Origin: Octopus vulgaris
Taxonomy: Eukaryota
Length of the DNA stretch: 64,000 nt
Assembly (NCBI GenBank): GCA_951406725.2
Contig: OX597816.1
Location: 103,912,001 to 103,976,000, forward strand
Reading direction: 5' to 3'
The notes below the pieces were generated by a model. That model searched no databases. It saw only the letters and a program-made list of their open reading frames with translations, and was not told the origin of the DNA. The translations under genes and the position numbers were made by a program. Numbering within the stretch: the stretch's first letter is position 1; the number at the start of each line of letters is the position of its first letter. Shown here in pieces: positions 13,733-27,109 of the stretch.

Positions 13733-14155
13733 CCTTATGCAGAGTCTGACCACCTCTCGTACCTACACCTTAGATCCATCATGGTGTCTGATGTGGCTTT
13801 TTTAAAACCAGACAATGCACTGAAAAGACACCTACATAGATTGCATATCTGATTTGGACCACCAAGAGCAGCAGTTAAGTTCTGATCTTTGAGGATCTTA
13901 AAATGTCTTTTGAGGCCTCTGTTAGATTTGAAGATCTTATGGCACACACGGCATTGAAAGGTGTGCACAGATATATAGGCAGAATAGTTGGTGGAGGTTC
14001 ATTTTTCATGGGTTCACAAATGAGATTTGAATCCAGCAAAAGAAAAACAAGGTCTGTCACAAACTGTGTCACCGAGATTCACCTTCTCGATTGCAACATT
14101 CTTCTTTAAATCTTTCTTGAGTCTTGCATGTGTTATCCTGGCCTCTTCATATGCT
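13733..14155 (-). mobile_element. RTE (BovB-like) LINE 3' fragment with C2H2-like motif, nested inside a SINE
   Basis: Minus ORF CRVCHKIFKSNRGLKRH..CNLCRCLF. It is flanked by a SINE head (13543-13660) and the matching SINE tail (about 14190-14365). Confidence 0.6.
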
Positions 14156-14164
14156 TGTGTGTGT

Positions 14165-14204
<40 letters not shown>

Positions 14205-14366
14205 TCTTTGTCTCCCATTATTGCTTGACAACTGATGTTTTGGCTAAAGAGACGAGTAGAATAAGTACCAGGCTAAAAAAAAAATGTACTGGGGCCAATT
14301 CGTTCAACTAAAATACTTCAAGGGAATGCCCCAGCATGGCCACAGTCTAATGACTGAAACAAGAGA

Positions 14367-14407
<41 letters not shown>

Positions 14408-15489
14408 ATGCTATTAAAGTATACGTATATAATACTATTTAAGTATATGTATACATTATAAGGTTGAGGCACATGACTTAGTGGTCAGTGTGTTGCACTC
14501 ATGATTGTAAGATTGTGGTTTTGATTCCTGGACTCAGTTATTCATTGTATTTTTGAGCAGAACACATCACTTCATGTTGCTCAAGTCCACTCAGCTGACA
14601 AAAATGAATAATCCTATGATGGGCTGATGTCCTGTCCAAGAGGGAATTCATATTTCTCAAAATCTGGGAAACCAGCCTTATGAGCTTATGACTTGGTAAG
14701 GATCTTTGATCCTTCTTTTTTTTGTATACATAGAAGTATTTCTCCAAGAGGTTCACATGTGATGTTCTGCACTTAATTTAACTGTGGGGCAGGCACCTTC
14801 AGGAAGAGCCCTCTATTATAGCCTTGGGTTGACCCAAGCCTCATGCAGGAAATTATGTAGGATCCTATCGGATAGCCTGTACTTGAAATTCAAAGGCCAG
14901 CTTTGTTACATACAATGTTAAATGCTTAATCATAATGTTAAGGTAACAAGTGTAAGTGGAATGATCATCCATAAACACTATTAGAACCTCATTCTTTGGA
15001 AGTGAATGGAAATCCATTCATGTATGCATGCACCACTACCACATGACTCGTGACCATTTCAACCGCTCTCATCCTCTTTTGCTTTACCATTGACCAGGTT
15101 GGTCATGTTTCCTTGTGCTCCTACACTTTTTCTACATGGTTTGTTTACTTCTTTCATTATGACATTCTATCTGCCTCTCTCTCATCTCTTGTCTTACAGG
15201 ACATCTTCATTTTCTTTTGTTGTATACAAATAGTTATTACGAATAGTTATTATAAATATTTTATTTTCTGTTTGTTTTTGTCATTGTCCTGTATGCTCAT
15301 TTGGTTGTGCTATTGGGATTGCCAAAAGTGAACAATATCAATGTTAAAAGGTGTGAAATTGTTAGGATCTTTTGAATGTTGACTGATGAAGAATTAACTG
15401 CAAATTTTCTGATTGTTATGTTTTTGTTAATTTTTCCATTTGCTGTGTTTTTGTTAAATTTTTGAAATTATATATATATATATATATAT

Positions 15490-15880
15490 CATCATCATCA
15501 TCGTTTAACGTCCGCTTTCCATGCTAGCATGGGTTGGACGGTTCAACTGGGGTCTGGGATGCCAGAAGGCTGCACCAGGCCCAGTCTGATCTGGCAGTGT
15601 TTCTACAGCTGGATGCCCTTCCTAACAGCAACCACTCCGTGAGTGTAGTGGGTGCTTTTTACGTGCCAGACGAGGCTGGCAAATGGCCATGATCGGATGG
15701 TGCCTTTTACGTGCCACTGGCACGGGGGCCAGATGAGGCTGGCAACGGCCATGATCGGATGGTGCTTTTTACGTGCCACCGGCACAGAGGCAATCAGGAC
15801 TGCGCTGGCTATGGCCACATTCGGATGGTTCTCTTACGTGCCACCAGCACTGGTATCACAGCTCCAAATTCCATTGATGT
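15490..15880 (-). mobile_element. 5'-truncated RTE 3' end with tandem units and (GAT)n tail
   Basis: Reverse complement of the 3' region at 27840-28265 (ggcacgtaaaaagcacc units; aacccatgctagcatgg; gttaaacgatgatg). Confidence 0.8.
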
Positions 15881-15911
15881 TGATCAATTTTGATTTTAAT
15901 TTTGAGATAGA

Positions 15912-15947
<36 letters not shown>

Positions 15948-16224
15948 TGCATACATAAATGCATACATATAAGGAGCTTTGAACCGAGGTAGTACGTTTA
16001 GTGTCTGGCAGTTGCATCTTGCCAGTAATAGGTGTACAGGCCTCAATTCTGCCAATTCACCAAAGACAGTAGAAGACTGAGAAGTGGCAAAATCTGGTTG
16101 TGTCATCATCAACAAATGCTCCAGTGACCAAACAGTCAAGGCACACAAAGGAAGGATACACACACACATGTATGCATATACAACTTGCCCCAACCCAGTT
16201 TACATATACCAAATTTCATTCACT

Positions 16225-16430
16225 GTCACGTAAAAAGCACCCACTACACTCATGGAGTGGTTGGCGTTAGGAAGGGCATCCAACTGTAGAAACACTGCCA
16301 GATCAGACTGGAGCCTGGCGCAGCCTCCTGGCGCAGCCTCCTGGCTTCCCAGACCACGGTGGAACCATCCAACCCATGCTAGCATGGAAAACAGATGTTA
16401 AACGATGATGATGATGATGATGATGATGAT
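16225..16430 (+). mobile_element. 5'-truncated RTE 3' end with (GAT)n tail
   Basis: Same family as 27110-28265. Inverted relative to 15490-15880. Confidence 0.8.
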
Positions 16431-18451
16431 GCCTTAGGCTATTGCCAAAGACACTTACTCAAGATACCACAAAGAGATGGAACCCATAACCATATAGATA
16501 TGAAGTGAAATCCAAAACCACACAGCCTTGCCTGAACTTGTATAGTCACAAATTTCAGTCATTAATATTTCATGTCCTTGCTTTCTGCCACATTCAGCAG
16601 TGTTTGTGTTGTAGCTGAAATTATCATAATTTGTTTTAGGTTTGTGTTGATACATAGATACTATAGCCCATTCTTGGAGATGCACTTGCAGTACTCTAAA
16701 GAAAGCAATTGAATGATAACAAAAAAAATTTAGTAATTTAATATCAAATATTAGCTTCTCTTAAATTATGCAGGATACTAGAAATGCAATAACATTTATC
16801 AAACTACTTTTTAAAGTAGGTCTGTAGTTTACTTTTCTCTCATTGCACTAAAACACAAATATTTTGATTAAAGAGCTTCACACTCAGAAATTTTGTCAAA
16901 TTTTTTTATTTCAGTTATTTATTCTAAAATGGAAGGGCCTTGTTGTTTTTAACTTCTTACACTCGGTGGATCAGGATAAATAGATGAATTTATGAATTCT
17001 TACTTCTGATTACCAATTTTACATCTATTTTGAAAAGTGATGGAAATTAGCTTTGAAAACCTCATGTCTACTAAATCTGGAATTAAGAGCTGTATGAGAG
17101 CTGTGAAAGAGTTTAGTTCAGATGGAAGCCATCTGGTACAGGTTAGACACATTTAATTAGCAGAAACTTGGCAAAGTTAAAGCAAATTTGCATCATATTA
17201 TAAAAAAAGTAAACAAAAACTTAGCAACAAATTTGTATATTAAGAATTAGCTATATATCACTTACCAAGCTTTCTCTTTCCTAATGAATCCTTTTGGTGT
17301 TGTAAATTCTAAAGTGTATATATGTGCATGTTTGTTTGTATATTTCAGTGTATATGTGTGTGGGTTTTAAGTTAGGCAATCATACTTAAGATGATAAGCC
17401 AAAAATAATTTTTAATCAGCTGAAATTTTAATTGTAATGGGAATAGTCATTAGTATTAATGAAAATTACTTTCAAAAGAGGTAAGGGAGATAACTCAGCA
17501 GACCAAACATTAAATGGAGATCTGTAGGGGATGGGTGAAACTTATGTTTGGTAGCTATGGGAATGACTCCACACATATTTCAGTCTTATTAGAGCTTGCT
17601 AGCAAAGCTTATTCCAAACAAAACTACCAAGACCTCTGAAAGACTAATGTATATAGCATGTTTATGCATGGACAGTGTAAAAAATTTAAAAGAAAGAAAC
17701 AAAACCAACAAATAAGGGTCAAATTTGTGGGTTGCATTGTAAACAAGTACAAAAATGAAACCCCTGTGAAAGCTAAAGTATCATCAATAGTATGTCTGCA
17801 ACATTTAATAACTAATGTCTAATAACACCAGCTATAAAAATCATGCCAAAACAGACCTTGCTGGTGCTTGTGCCACGTAAAAGAGCACCCAGTCCACTCT
17901 GTAAAGTGTCTGGCATTAGGACTGGCATCCAGCCATAAAAGCCAACCCAAAACATACAGTAGAACTTGGTACAGTCCTCTGGCTTGCCAGTTCCTATCAA
18001 ACTGTCCAGTTCAAGCCAGCATGGAAAACAGATGTTAAATGATGATGATAATGATATCAGATATGGTTGTGTGGTTACAAATTCACTTTTAGCCACATAG
18101 TTTTGGGTTCAGTGACAATATGCAGCACCTAGAAAAAATATCTTCTACTCTAGCCACAGGCTAATCAATGTTCATATAATTCATATTAGTCATATTGGTA
18201 GATGGAAACTGTGTGGAAGCCTGTCATCCTCATCATCACCATCATTGTTTTACTGTCCACAATCCCAGGCTTGCATGGATCAGATTAAATTCATTGAAGC
18301 AAATTATCTATGGCTGGATGTCCTTTCTGTTGCCAACACTCACCTGTTTCGAAGCAAGGTAATATTTCCCCCATGACCAAGCACATTTTCATGGAAGATT
18401 GAAAAAGAATGCCACTACCTGTGTGATGGTGTCATACATACATTCATGCAT

Positions 18452-18492
<41 letters not shown>

Positions 18493-18733
18493 TACATACA
18501 TACATACATACACACACACATGCATACATACACACACAATTCTTTTTTGCAATTGTGGATCTTGAATCACACAAAGCTATATATTATAGCATGTAAATAG
18601 TGGTATCAACAATATATATATATATATATATATATAAACATAATTAAGGGATTAAAGTTGCTTCACCACATACCCCGAAAATTTAGAAATAGCAGTCAAA
18701 AACTACTAATTCTTCTACTACCCTATATCTATA

Positions 18734-18780
<47 letters not shown>

Positions 18781-19346
18781 TGCACACACATATAAACATG
18801 TATATATGTGCGTCTGTGCATATGTGTCTATATGTGTGTGTGGATGCGTGAGTGTGGTGCGCATTTATGTGAATATTGTCTGGCCTCTTGTGTCACTGCT
18901 TGAGCAAAACAGTGCAGTAATGTTTACATTCTTTGTTATCATGATGACCAGTTAGTCTGCACTCTCAAAGAACAGCGGAATAAAATATCACTCACTTCAG
19001 AAACATGCTAGATTCAATGATAAGAATGGCATCCAGCCATAAAATGCTGCTTTAGATATGTTCTTTTCTGATCAATGAATAAATAACTGAAAAGATTCTG
19101 AACCAAAATATAGTCATTTGATTTGCTAGAAATAGAAACTCAACTTCCCTCATACTATATTGAAAACAAGTATGTTGGATTGTGGAGTCAGAGGAACAAC
19201 CGGAAATACATTCTATGTAGGGATTACTTGAATGCCTGTGATTGTCAGTCTACTTGATTAAGGCTATATCAGAGACTAAGCAATAATAACAATTATAATG
19301 TCTGTTTTTATCATATTGAATTTGTATTGTATTTTCTTTCTTACAG

Positions 19347-19461
19347 AGAATTCCTTGCTCCTGGTTGTCATAACCCAGTTAATGTGGATAGTACAATTGC
19401 TGAACTGGTAAGACGAAGAATAGAAAATAACCCTGATCGGTACTGCTTTGATGAAGCTCAG
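19347..19461 (+). CDS. RGS7: R7 RGS exon (K-EFLAPGCHNPVNVDSTIAELVRRRIENNPDRYCFDEAQ)
   Basis: ttacag acceptor and gtatat donor. EFLAPG..VNVD..FDEAQ RGS motifs. Confidence 0.95.
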
Positions 19462-19494
19462 GTATATTTGAACTATGATTTTAACTTAAGTCAT

Positions 19495-19722
19495 TTAACC
19501 ATTTAGCATTTCAACTGTGCATATCCAGCTCAAATAGTACCCCTCTTTTACATTAAAACTGGCCAGATCTGGCCTCTCAAACCTATATTACAATGTCATT
19601 CAAAAAATAAGCAGTCACCTTACTGACATCTCAAAGCTACAAGATAATGCATAATTAATTCATAACTATGTGAATAAATAAGCATTACATTTGACAGAAT
19701 TGTTTGAATGCTAAAACGTTAA
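19495..19722. mobile_element. piggyBac-type MITE
   Basis: TTAA at both ends with TIR-like ccatttagcatt / aatgctaaaacg. A second copy lies in the opposite orientation at 47203-47426. Confidence 0.7.
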
Positions 19723-20040
19723 GATGGCCACTTGGCAGAATCACTAGCATATTGGATAAAGCTCTTAACAACATTTCTCCTACATTTCTACTTTCCGAGA
19801 TCAAATCCTGCTGAGATCAAATTTGCCTCTCATCCTGTCATCCTTTCGTCCTTAGCGTTGATTGATAAACTAAAGTACCCCACACAAGTACTGAGGTGAA
19901 TTCAACTGATTTGACGCCTCCCCTGAAAATGATTGACCTTGTGTCAAAATTAGAAAGAAATATTTTAAGCCATTTCCATGCTTTTTTAAACATGAATATG
20001 GATTTATAAATAAGAACCATTTCTCAGTAATTTTTCCTCT

Positions 20041-20634
<594 letters not shown>

Positions 20635-20635
20635 G

Positions 20636-21045
20636 TTTGCCCAAATGACCTAAACATTAGCTTCAAGGTTCATCCAAAACTTGGACCACGGGCTATACGT
20701 CCCCTGCCAAATTCAAGATCACAACATACATGTACACTGCAACATAATTTCTTTTCCTCAACAGGCCCTGCCCTATTTAACATTGTCCCGAGGGAGATCA
20801 AAGAGGAAAAGGATCCCATCAACTTTAAACAGAGTCTGGATAGATTCCTTCAAAGAATACCAGATAAGCCACCCATAATTGGATACAACTCACCCAACAA
20901 GAACTCACTACTTGAACAAAACTTAAACAGGATTCGAATAATCCTATCAGGTGGTGCTATTAAGTTAGACATGGCCTAGACCAATCTCTGGTCGAAACAT
21001 ATCTAAGTTTTATCTAAGTTTATATAGACAAACATGTATTTATAT
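20636..21045 (+). mobile_element. CR1-group LINE 3' fragment
   Basis: ORF2 C-terminus [15 protein letters not shown]...[13 protein letters not shown]...[16 protein letters not shown]...KNSLLE followed by a 3' UTR. Confidence 0.8.
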
Positions 21046-21074
21046 ATATATATACATATGTATATACATATATA

Positions 21075-21128
<54 letters not shown>

Positions 21129-21129
21129 C

Positions 21130-21522
21130 AGGCGCAGGAGTGGCTGTGTGGTAAGTAGCTTGCTAACCAACCACATGGTTACGGGTTCAGTCCCACTGTG
21201 TGGCATCTTGGGCAAGTGTCTTCTGCTATAGCCCCGGGCTGGACCAATGCCTTGTGAGTGGATTTGGTAGACGGAAACTGAAAGAAGCCTGTCGTATATA
21301 TGTATATATATATAAGTGTGTGTGTATATGTTTGTGTGTCTGTGTTTGTCCCTCTAGCACTGCTTGACAACCGATGCTGGTGTGTTTATGTCCCCGTCAC
21401 TTAGCGGTTCGGCAAAAGAGACCGATAGAATAAGTACTGGGCTCGATTTGCTCGACTAAAGGCGGTGCTCCAGCATGGCCGCAGTCAAATGACTGAAACA
21501 AGTAAAAGAGTAAAGAGAAAGA
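21130..21522 (+). mobile_element. Well-preserved tRNA-derived SINE with CORE-like ttgggcaagt box and internal microsatellite
   Basis: A-box-like gtggctgtgtggtaag, B-box-like gggttcagtccc, tail aaacaagtaaaagag. Older copies at about 3860-4020, 11905-12320, 13543-14365 and 32475-32690. Confidence 0.85.
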
Positions 21523-21523
21523 G

Positions 21524-21566
<43 letters not shown>

Positions 21567-21594
21567 ATATATACATATATATATATATATGTAT

Positions 21595-21651
<57 letters not shown>

Positions 21652-21679
21652 GATATATATATGTATATACATATGTATA

Positions 21680-22450
21680 TATATATAAATACATGTTTGT
21701 CTATATAAACTTAGATATGTTTCGACCAAAGATTGGTCCAGGCCATGTCTAACTTAATAGCACCACCTGATAGGATTATTTGAATCCTGTTTAAGTCAAG
21801 TTTTGTTTATGGTCCATTCAAGTAGTGAGTTTTTGTTGGGTGAGTTGTATCCAATTATGGGTGGTTTATCTGGTATTCCTTGAAGGAATCTATCCAGACT
21901 CTGTTTAAAGTTGATGGGATTCTTTTCCTCTTTGATCTCTTTCGGGACAATGTTAAATAGGGTAGGGCCTGTTGAGGAAAAGAAATCATGTTGCAGTGTA
22001 CATATATGCTGTGATCTTGAATTGAGCAGGGGACGTATGGCCCGTGGTCCCAGTCTTGGATGAACCTTGAAGCTAATGTTCAGGTCGTTTGGGTTAAAGT
22101 TGGCGGTATATTCTCCACATCGTACAAATGATGTACCGCTCACAGCGACGCTGGAGAGAGTAGAGTTTCAAGGCTTTAAGGCGATCCCAATAATCGAGAG
22201 CAGCCATGCCTTCAATTCATTTAGTGAGTGCCCTCTGGGGTGATTCAATCTTCGAGATGTTTTGTCTTTTATGGGGAGACCACAGTGGGCAGCAGTATTC
22301 GAGGTGTGGTCGTACCAAGGAGGAGAAAAGTGGTATGATGACACCTTGTTCTCTGGACCGGAAAGTTCTTAAGATCCAGGAACTCATCCTACGAGTTATA
22401 TCGACCTTATTGTTGATGTGTGCACTCCAACCCAGGTCTCTGATATTGTT
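21680..22450 (-). mobile_element. CR1-group LINE 3' fragment, inverted partner of 20636-21045
   Basis: WILRTFRSRE..LFSSLVRPHLEYCCPLWSP..RLKALKLYSLQRR (CR1 hallmark), then the same C-terminus and 3' UTR as the + copy. Confidence 0.88.
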
Positions 22451-22603
22451 AGATCAAGATTGATCAAGATTGAAGCCTGGTGCAGCCATCTGGTTCGCCA
22501 GCCCTCAGTCAATCGTCCAACCCATGCTAGCATGGAAAGCAGATGTTAAACGATGATGATGATGATATATATATATATATACATACACATACTCATACTC
22601 ACA

Positions 22604-22820
22604 CAGACATCTCAAAATTAAAATACACCCATCATTACAGTGTTTTATTTTGCGGACTCTACTCATTAGTATGGTACCCCAACAGATTAAATCATTGAAT
22701 GCTGTACAAAAAATGTGTACTAAATTCTAGATTAAGTATTGGAATTCATCAAAAGGTGAAATTTTTTTCTTGATATAAATCTTTCAGAGAAGGTGATGTC
22801 AATTTGTTTTGAGATCTCTG
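22604..22820. mobile_element. Possible Tc1-like MITE
   Basis: Short degenerate TIRs cagacatctcaaaa / ttttgagatctctg. Confidence 0.35.
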
Positions 22821-23006
22821 AGTGTACACCCCAACTCTACACAAATATATGGTCCATTAGATTTGATAATATATATTAATACATGCAGAATACCTTAATG
22901 GCTAATGCCGTTTGTTAGAGGTAAGCAGCAACAAACTAAAAATTATGTCCTTGTAAACTCAAACAATTAACTACTTTTCTTTATTATCTGTCTGTATTAT
23001 TCTTGC

Positions 23007-23048
<42 letters not shown>

Positions 23049-23112
23049 TTATGTATGCATCCACACACACACACTATATTATCTTCATATTTATTTATTT
23101 GATTTGTTACAG

Positions 23113-23205
23113 AATCATATATTTAAACTGATGAAAAGTGACAGCTATAATCGATACCTGCGGTCCGATATGCACAAAGAGTTTCTCAGTGCTACAAGAA
23201 AGAAA
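23113..23205 (+). CDS. RGS7: R7 RGS exon, RGS domain end (NHIFKLMKSDSYNRYLRSDMHKEFLSATRKK)
   Basis: ttacag acceptor and gtaagg donor. HIxKLMKSDSYxRxxRS motif. Confidence 0.95.
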
Positions 23206-24129
23206 GTAAGGTTTATTATGTCTCCTTTACCTTCCTTTATTATTAATTATCCTGTTTGATAACTTCTGCTGAATCCTGCTACTGTGTCTCTAAAGTTTTG
23301 TGTCAAATATCCCCTATCACCTGTACCATTCAGTGTCTGCACAACCTTGTAGTATTTTGCAACAAATTTTTCCAGTACAATTATCTTAGTTCACACATCA
23401 CTTTATTTGCAATATTTTCTTGAAACACAGAATTGCAATGATTTTTTTTTATTATCATTATTATATATTAACAGACTGGGGATGGGTTTTTTTAAAAGTA
23501 TTATTTTAACCTTTTAAAAATCATTTCTCTGTCATGAAATATGGTCAAGTATGGACATACTGAATCAGAATTTCACTGCAGTGGTTTGTTACTAAAAAGA
23601 AAAATGCAAAATTCTTTTCTTAGTTTCTATTAAATGATGTTTGTTAAAAGTTTGGGCCCTGGTACCATAACGTAATCTCTTGCATCTTCTTTCCATTTTT
23701 TTTTTATCCTTCACATTCTAAGTTTGTAACTTACACTCACACAACACATATATCTTTGTATGCACATAAATATATATGTATATACATATAAGTGTGTGTG
23801 TGTATGGGCTTATGCACATGTACATATATATATATGTGTATAAACATGTATACGCATAAAAATAGATAAGTATAAATAATATATAGGTATATGTACATGT
23901 ACATCTATATGTATGTATGCATGTGTATGTAATTGTGTGGGTGTGTATTAAATTCAGTTTGAAGCATTAGAACCACATAAATGCTTTAGAAACCCCTAAA
24001 GTGCAGTATAAGTAACAGCAGCAGTCTATCTTGCCAGGAAAAAATGAATGAGATGCTAAATTCAGAATATAATATATTCTCCACAGTAGAATCAGTAGTT
24101 GCAACCACCAGGTTGTGTAGTGGGTAGTA

Positions 24130-25730
24130 AGGATGTAGTTTCACTCTACCTATCTATAGACAGATTTTGATGTGGAAAAATGCATTGAGACTATGTGAGA
24201 ATGAAGTAGAGTTCCTTGCAGTCAACACATGGGAACTGGGATGCTTCTTTAAGCTAAGTTATGACTGTAACTACCTAGTCAACCATGACCTTAGTTGATT
24301 CTGCCCCACCAGGTCATGGAGGAGAAGACCACCTGCCATCACCTTGACAGTGAAGAAAATCATTGCAGGGCACTGGAGTGGCTGTACCATACCCACCCAG
24401 GACTCTGAGAACAAGAGTCAGGTGAAAAGAATGATTGCACATGCAAGAGGGGCTAGCATGAGAACCACCTTGAAGAACCACTGGAAACTATACATCAAGG
24501 TTCAAGGTGCAGCCATTGGTGTCTGTGTGGCCAGAGATGTGGCTGGCCTCTTCATGACCTGGCAGGAGAGAAAACTTAAACAATCCTTAGCAGAACAATC
24601 CACAACTGTTTTGCTTTACTGTAGGTATGTAGATGATATAAATATTCTAGTTAGGACAACCTCTAGTAACTGTAATGTGGAAACCGAGAGGAGCATAATG
24701 GAGAGCATCCAGCACATTGCTAACTTCATCCACCAAAGTATCAAGGTAACTATAGATTACCCCACTAGGCACCCTAACAATAGACTCCCTGTCCTTGATA
24801 CTGAACTTTGGTTAGAGACTGTGAACAACAGAGTGCAGCTCCTCCACTCCTATTACATGAAATCCATAGTTTCTAAATATATTGTTCACAAGAACTCAGT
24901 TTTGTCACACAACATGAAAATCAACATACTTATAGCAGACTTAGTTGGGATAATGAACAACATGTCTCCACTGTGCAAACCTTATTATATATAAAGAAAA
25001 ATGTACAGAAATTCATGCACCACATGCAATTCTCTGGATATGAACAGAAAGATAAGGTTTGGGTATGCAAGGGAGCTAGAAAGAAATTAAATAGCATTAT
25101 ATGTAATGAAACCAGTGGTGCATGCCATAGATATAGAAATAAAGATTGGAATAGGATACAAAGAGTTTGTGACAAAACAAACAGGGAGAACACGTGGTAC
25201 AAGACCAACAAATATTAAGGAGTGATGTTTGTAGAAGCCACAGCCCATGGAGAACTAGCCCAAAGATTTAGGAAAGCTCTGAAGTAGGCCAAACTCAACA
25301 TTAAGATCCTTGAAAAGTCAGGGAGCTCAATCAGATCACAACTATGTAGGACATACCCCTTTGAGAATACCACATGCACCAATGATAACTGCATAGTAAG
25401 ATTAACTCTGGCATTAAATGTAGAACTAGAAATGTAGTCTACAGCATTTAGTGCCTAGAGGATGCTTGTAAAGACAAGAACATGATATACATAGGTGAGA
25501 CATCTAGAAGCATTGCAGAGAGACTAAATGAACACTTGAGATAATATGACAACAAAAAGTAGTCCTCCATACTCTACCAATATGGAGGCACACTGGGTCA
25601 ACTTGACATCTGCATTTTATCCAAGCACCCGAAGGATCCAACACTCAGACAAATACAGGAGTACATCCTCATAAATGAAATATCCCCAGTACTAAATAGG
25701 AAATATACATAGTAGGTAGCCATACCCCAT
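24130..25730 (+). mobile_element. Decayed Penelope-like retroelement (RT plus C-terminal GIY-YIG; Neptune-like)
   Basis: RT motifs QGAAIG, YCRYVDDINILV and DYPT..NNRLPVLDTELW. Cys-rich linker YPFENTTCTNDNC. GIY-YIG region KCRTRNVVYSI*C..C...IYIGETSRSIAERLNEH...RQIQEYILI...PVLNRK. Stops and frameshifts are present. Confidence 0.88.
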
Positions 25731-25789
25731 AACTCACAGTTTATATATACACAGGTAGATTTCTTAGTAGGCTGTTATGTAGATGTGTG

Positions 25790-25828
<39 letters not shown>

Positions 25829-26311
25829 AGGTAAATAGATATGTAAGTGAACAGATAGATTAAAAGATAGATAGGTACATAGGTAATATGGACAGACACG
25901 CACACACACACAAACACACAGACATGCATACACACACATACATACATATACATACATACATGCATACATACATACATACATACATATGTGTATACACATG
26001 CACACTGATGCACACACATGCTCACAAACAAAAGAAAGACAGAAACATAGCTCTGATAACAGACAAATTCAACAACTATTGAAAAGGTGGCAAAACATAA
26101 TGAAAATATTCGGAAAAAAACAAAAAGATAAATGAGTGGAAATCGAACTAGTGAGTGTGTTAAGTAATAAGGCACTAAAAGACACAATAAAATAAGCTTC
26201 GTCACATGAATTCACATAAAGAATCTTACAAACCAAATACAAAAACTAAACACACACACACATATCTTTACATATAAGTGTGTGTGTGTGTAAATATACA
26301 GATAAACACAA

Positions 26312-26576
26312 GTTTATAATAAAGCTTAAATGCGTGTTTCACCATTATGCTTGTTTGGAGTCCTGCATTAAAAATTCCATCGCATATAGATGCTCAATTG
26401 TAGTAGATCCTCAAGGAATACTTTATTGTACTATGTAATAGATAACTAGTTACCTGTAGCTTGATATAGTATAGTGTTCCTTGAGGATCTGTTGTTGCTG
26501 AGCATATTTAGAACTTCTATTGCAGGGCTCCAAATAACCACAATTGTGATACATGTGTAGGAAGTTTATTATAAAC
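26312..26576. repeat. Old imperfect foldback hairpin
   Basis: gtttataataaa..tttggagtcctgca..gatcctcaaggaa pairs with ttccttgaggatc..tgcagggctccaaa..tttattataaac. Confidence 0.7.
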
Positions 26577-26862
26577 ATGTATTAATCCTTATTTTTCCTG
26601 TTTATTGTGTAGCTCATAACTGGTAATACTACTCAGTATAGTAGTTACCTACTATACAGAAAGAAGACTAGATTATGAAAATCTACATGGAGGTCTAAAA
26701 GTAGCAGTAGCACTTGTACATATAATTTCTACTATACACATACACACACACACACACACACATATATATATTAGCACAAAGTTTTGTCAGTGAACAGGCC
26801 ATGGTTTCAAAGCAGTGAAAATATTTTAGATCAAGTAACTTCCTATGCAAGTACATCTCTGT

Positions 26863-26893
<31 letters not shown>

Positions 26894-27109
26894 TCTTGTG
26901 AACTCCATTTTCCATTTACCTCATTCATAATAAACTTGACAAACACTGCAGAATTCCTGAGGTAGATCCAGTGACACTGATACCAAAACTGGATAACATC
27001 AGGTAGCCTAAACAGTGAAAGTGCTTTTATTGGCATACTACTATCTGTATACCCAAAGTCCAAATAGTTACTTATATATATAAATATATATCTGTATATA
27101 TGTGACCAA

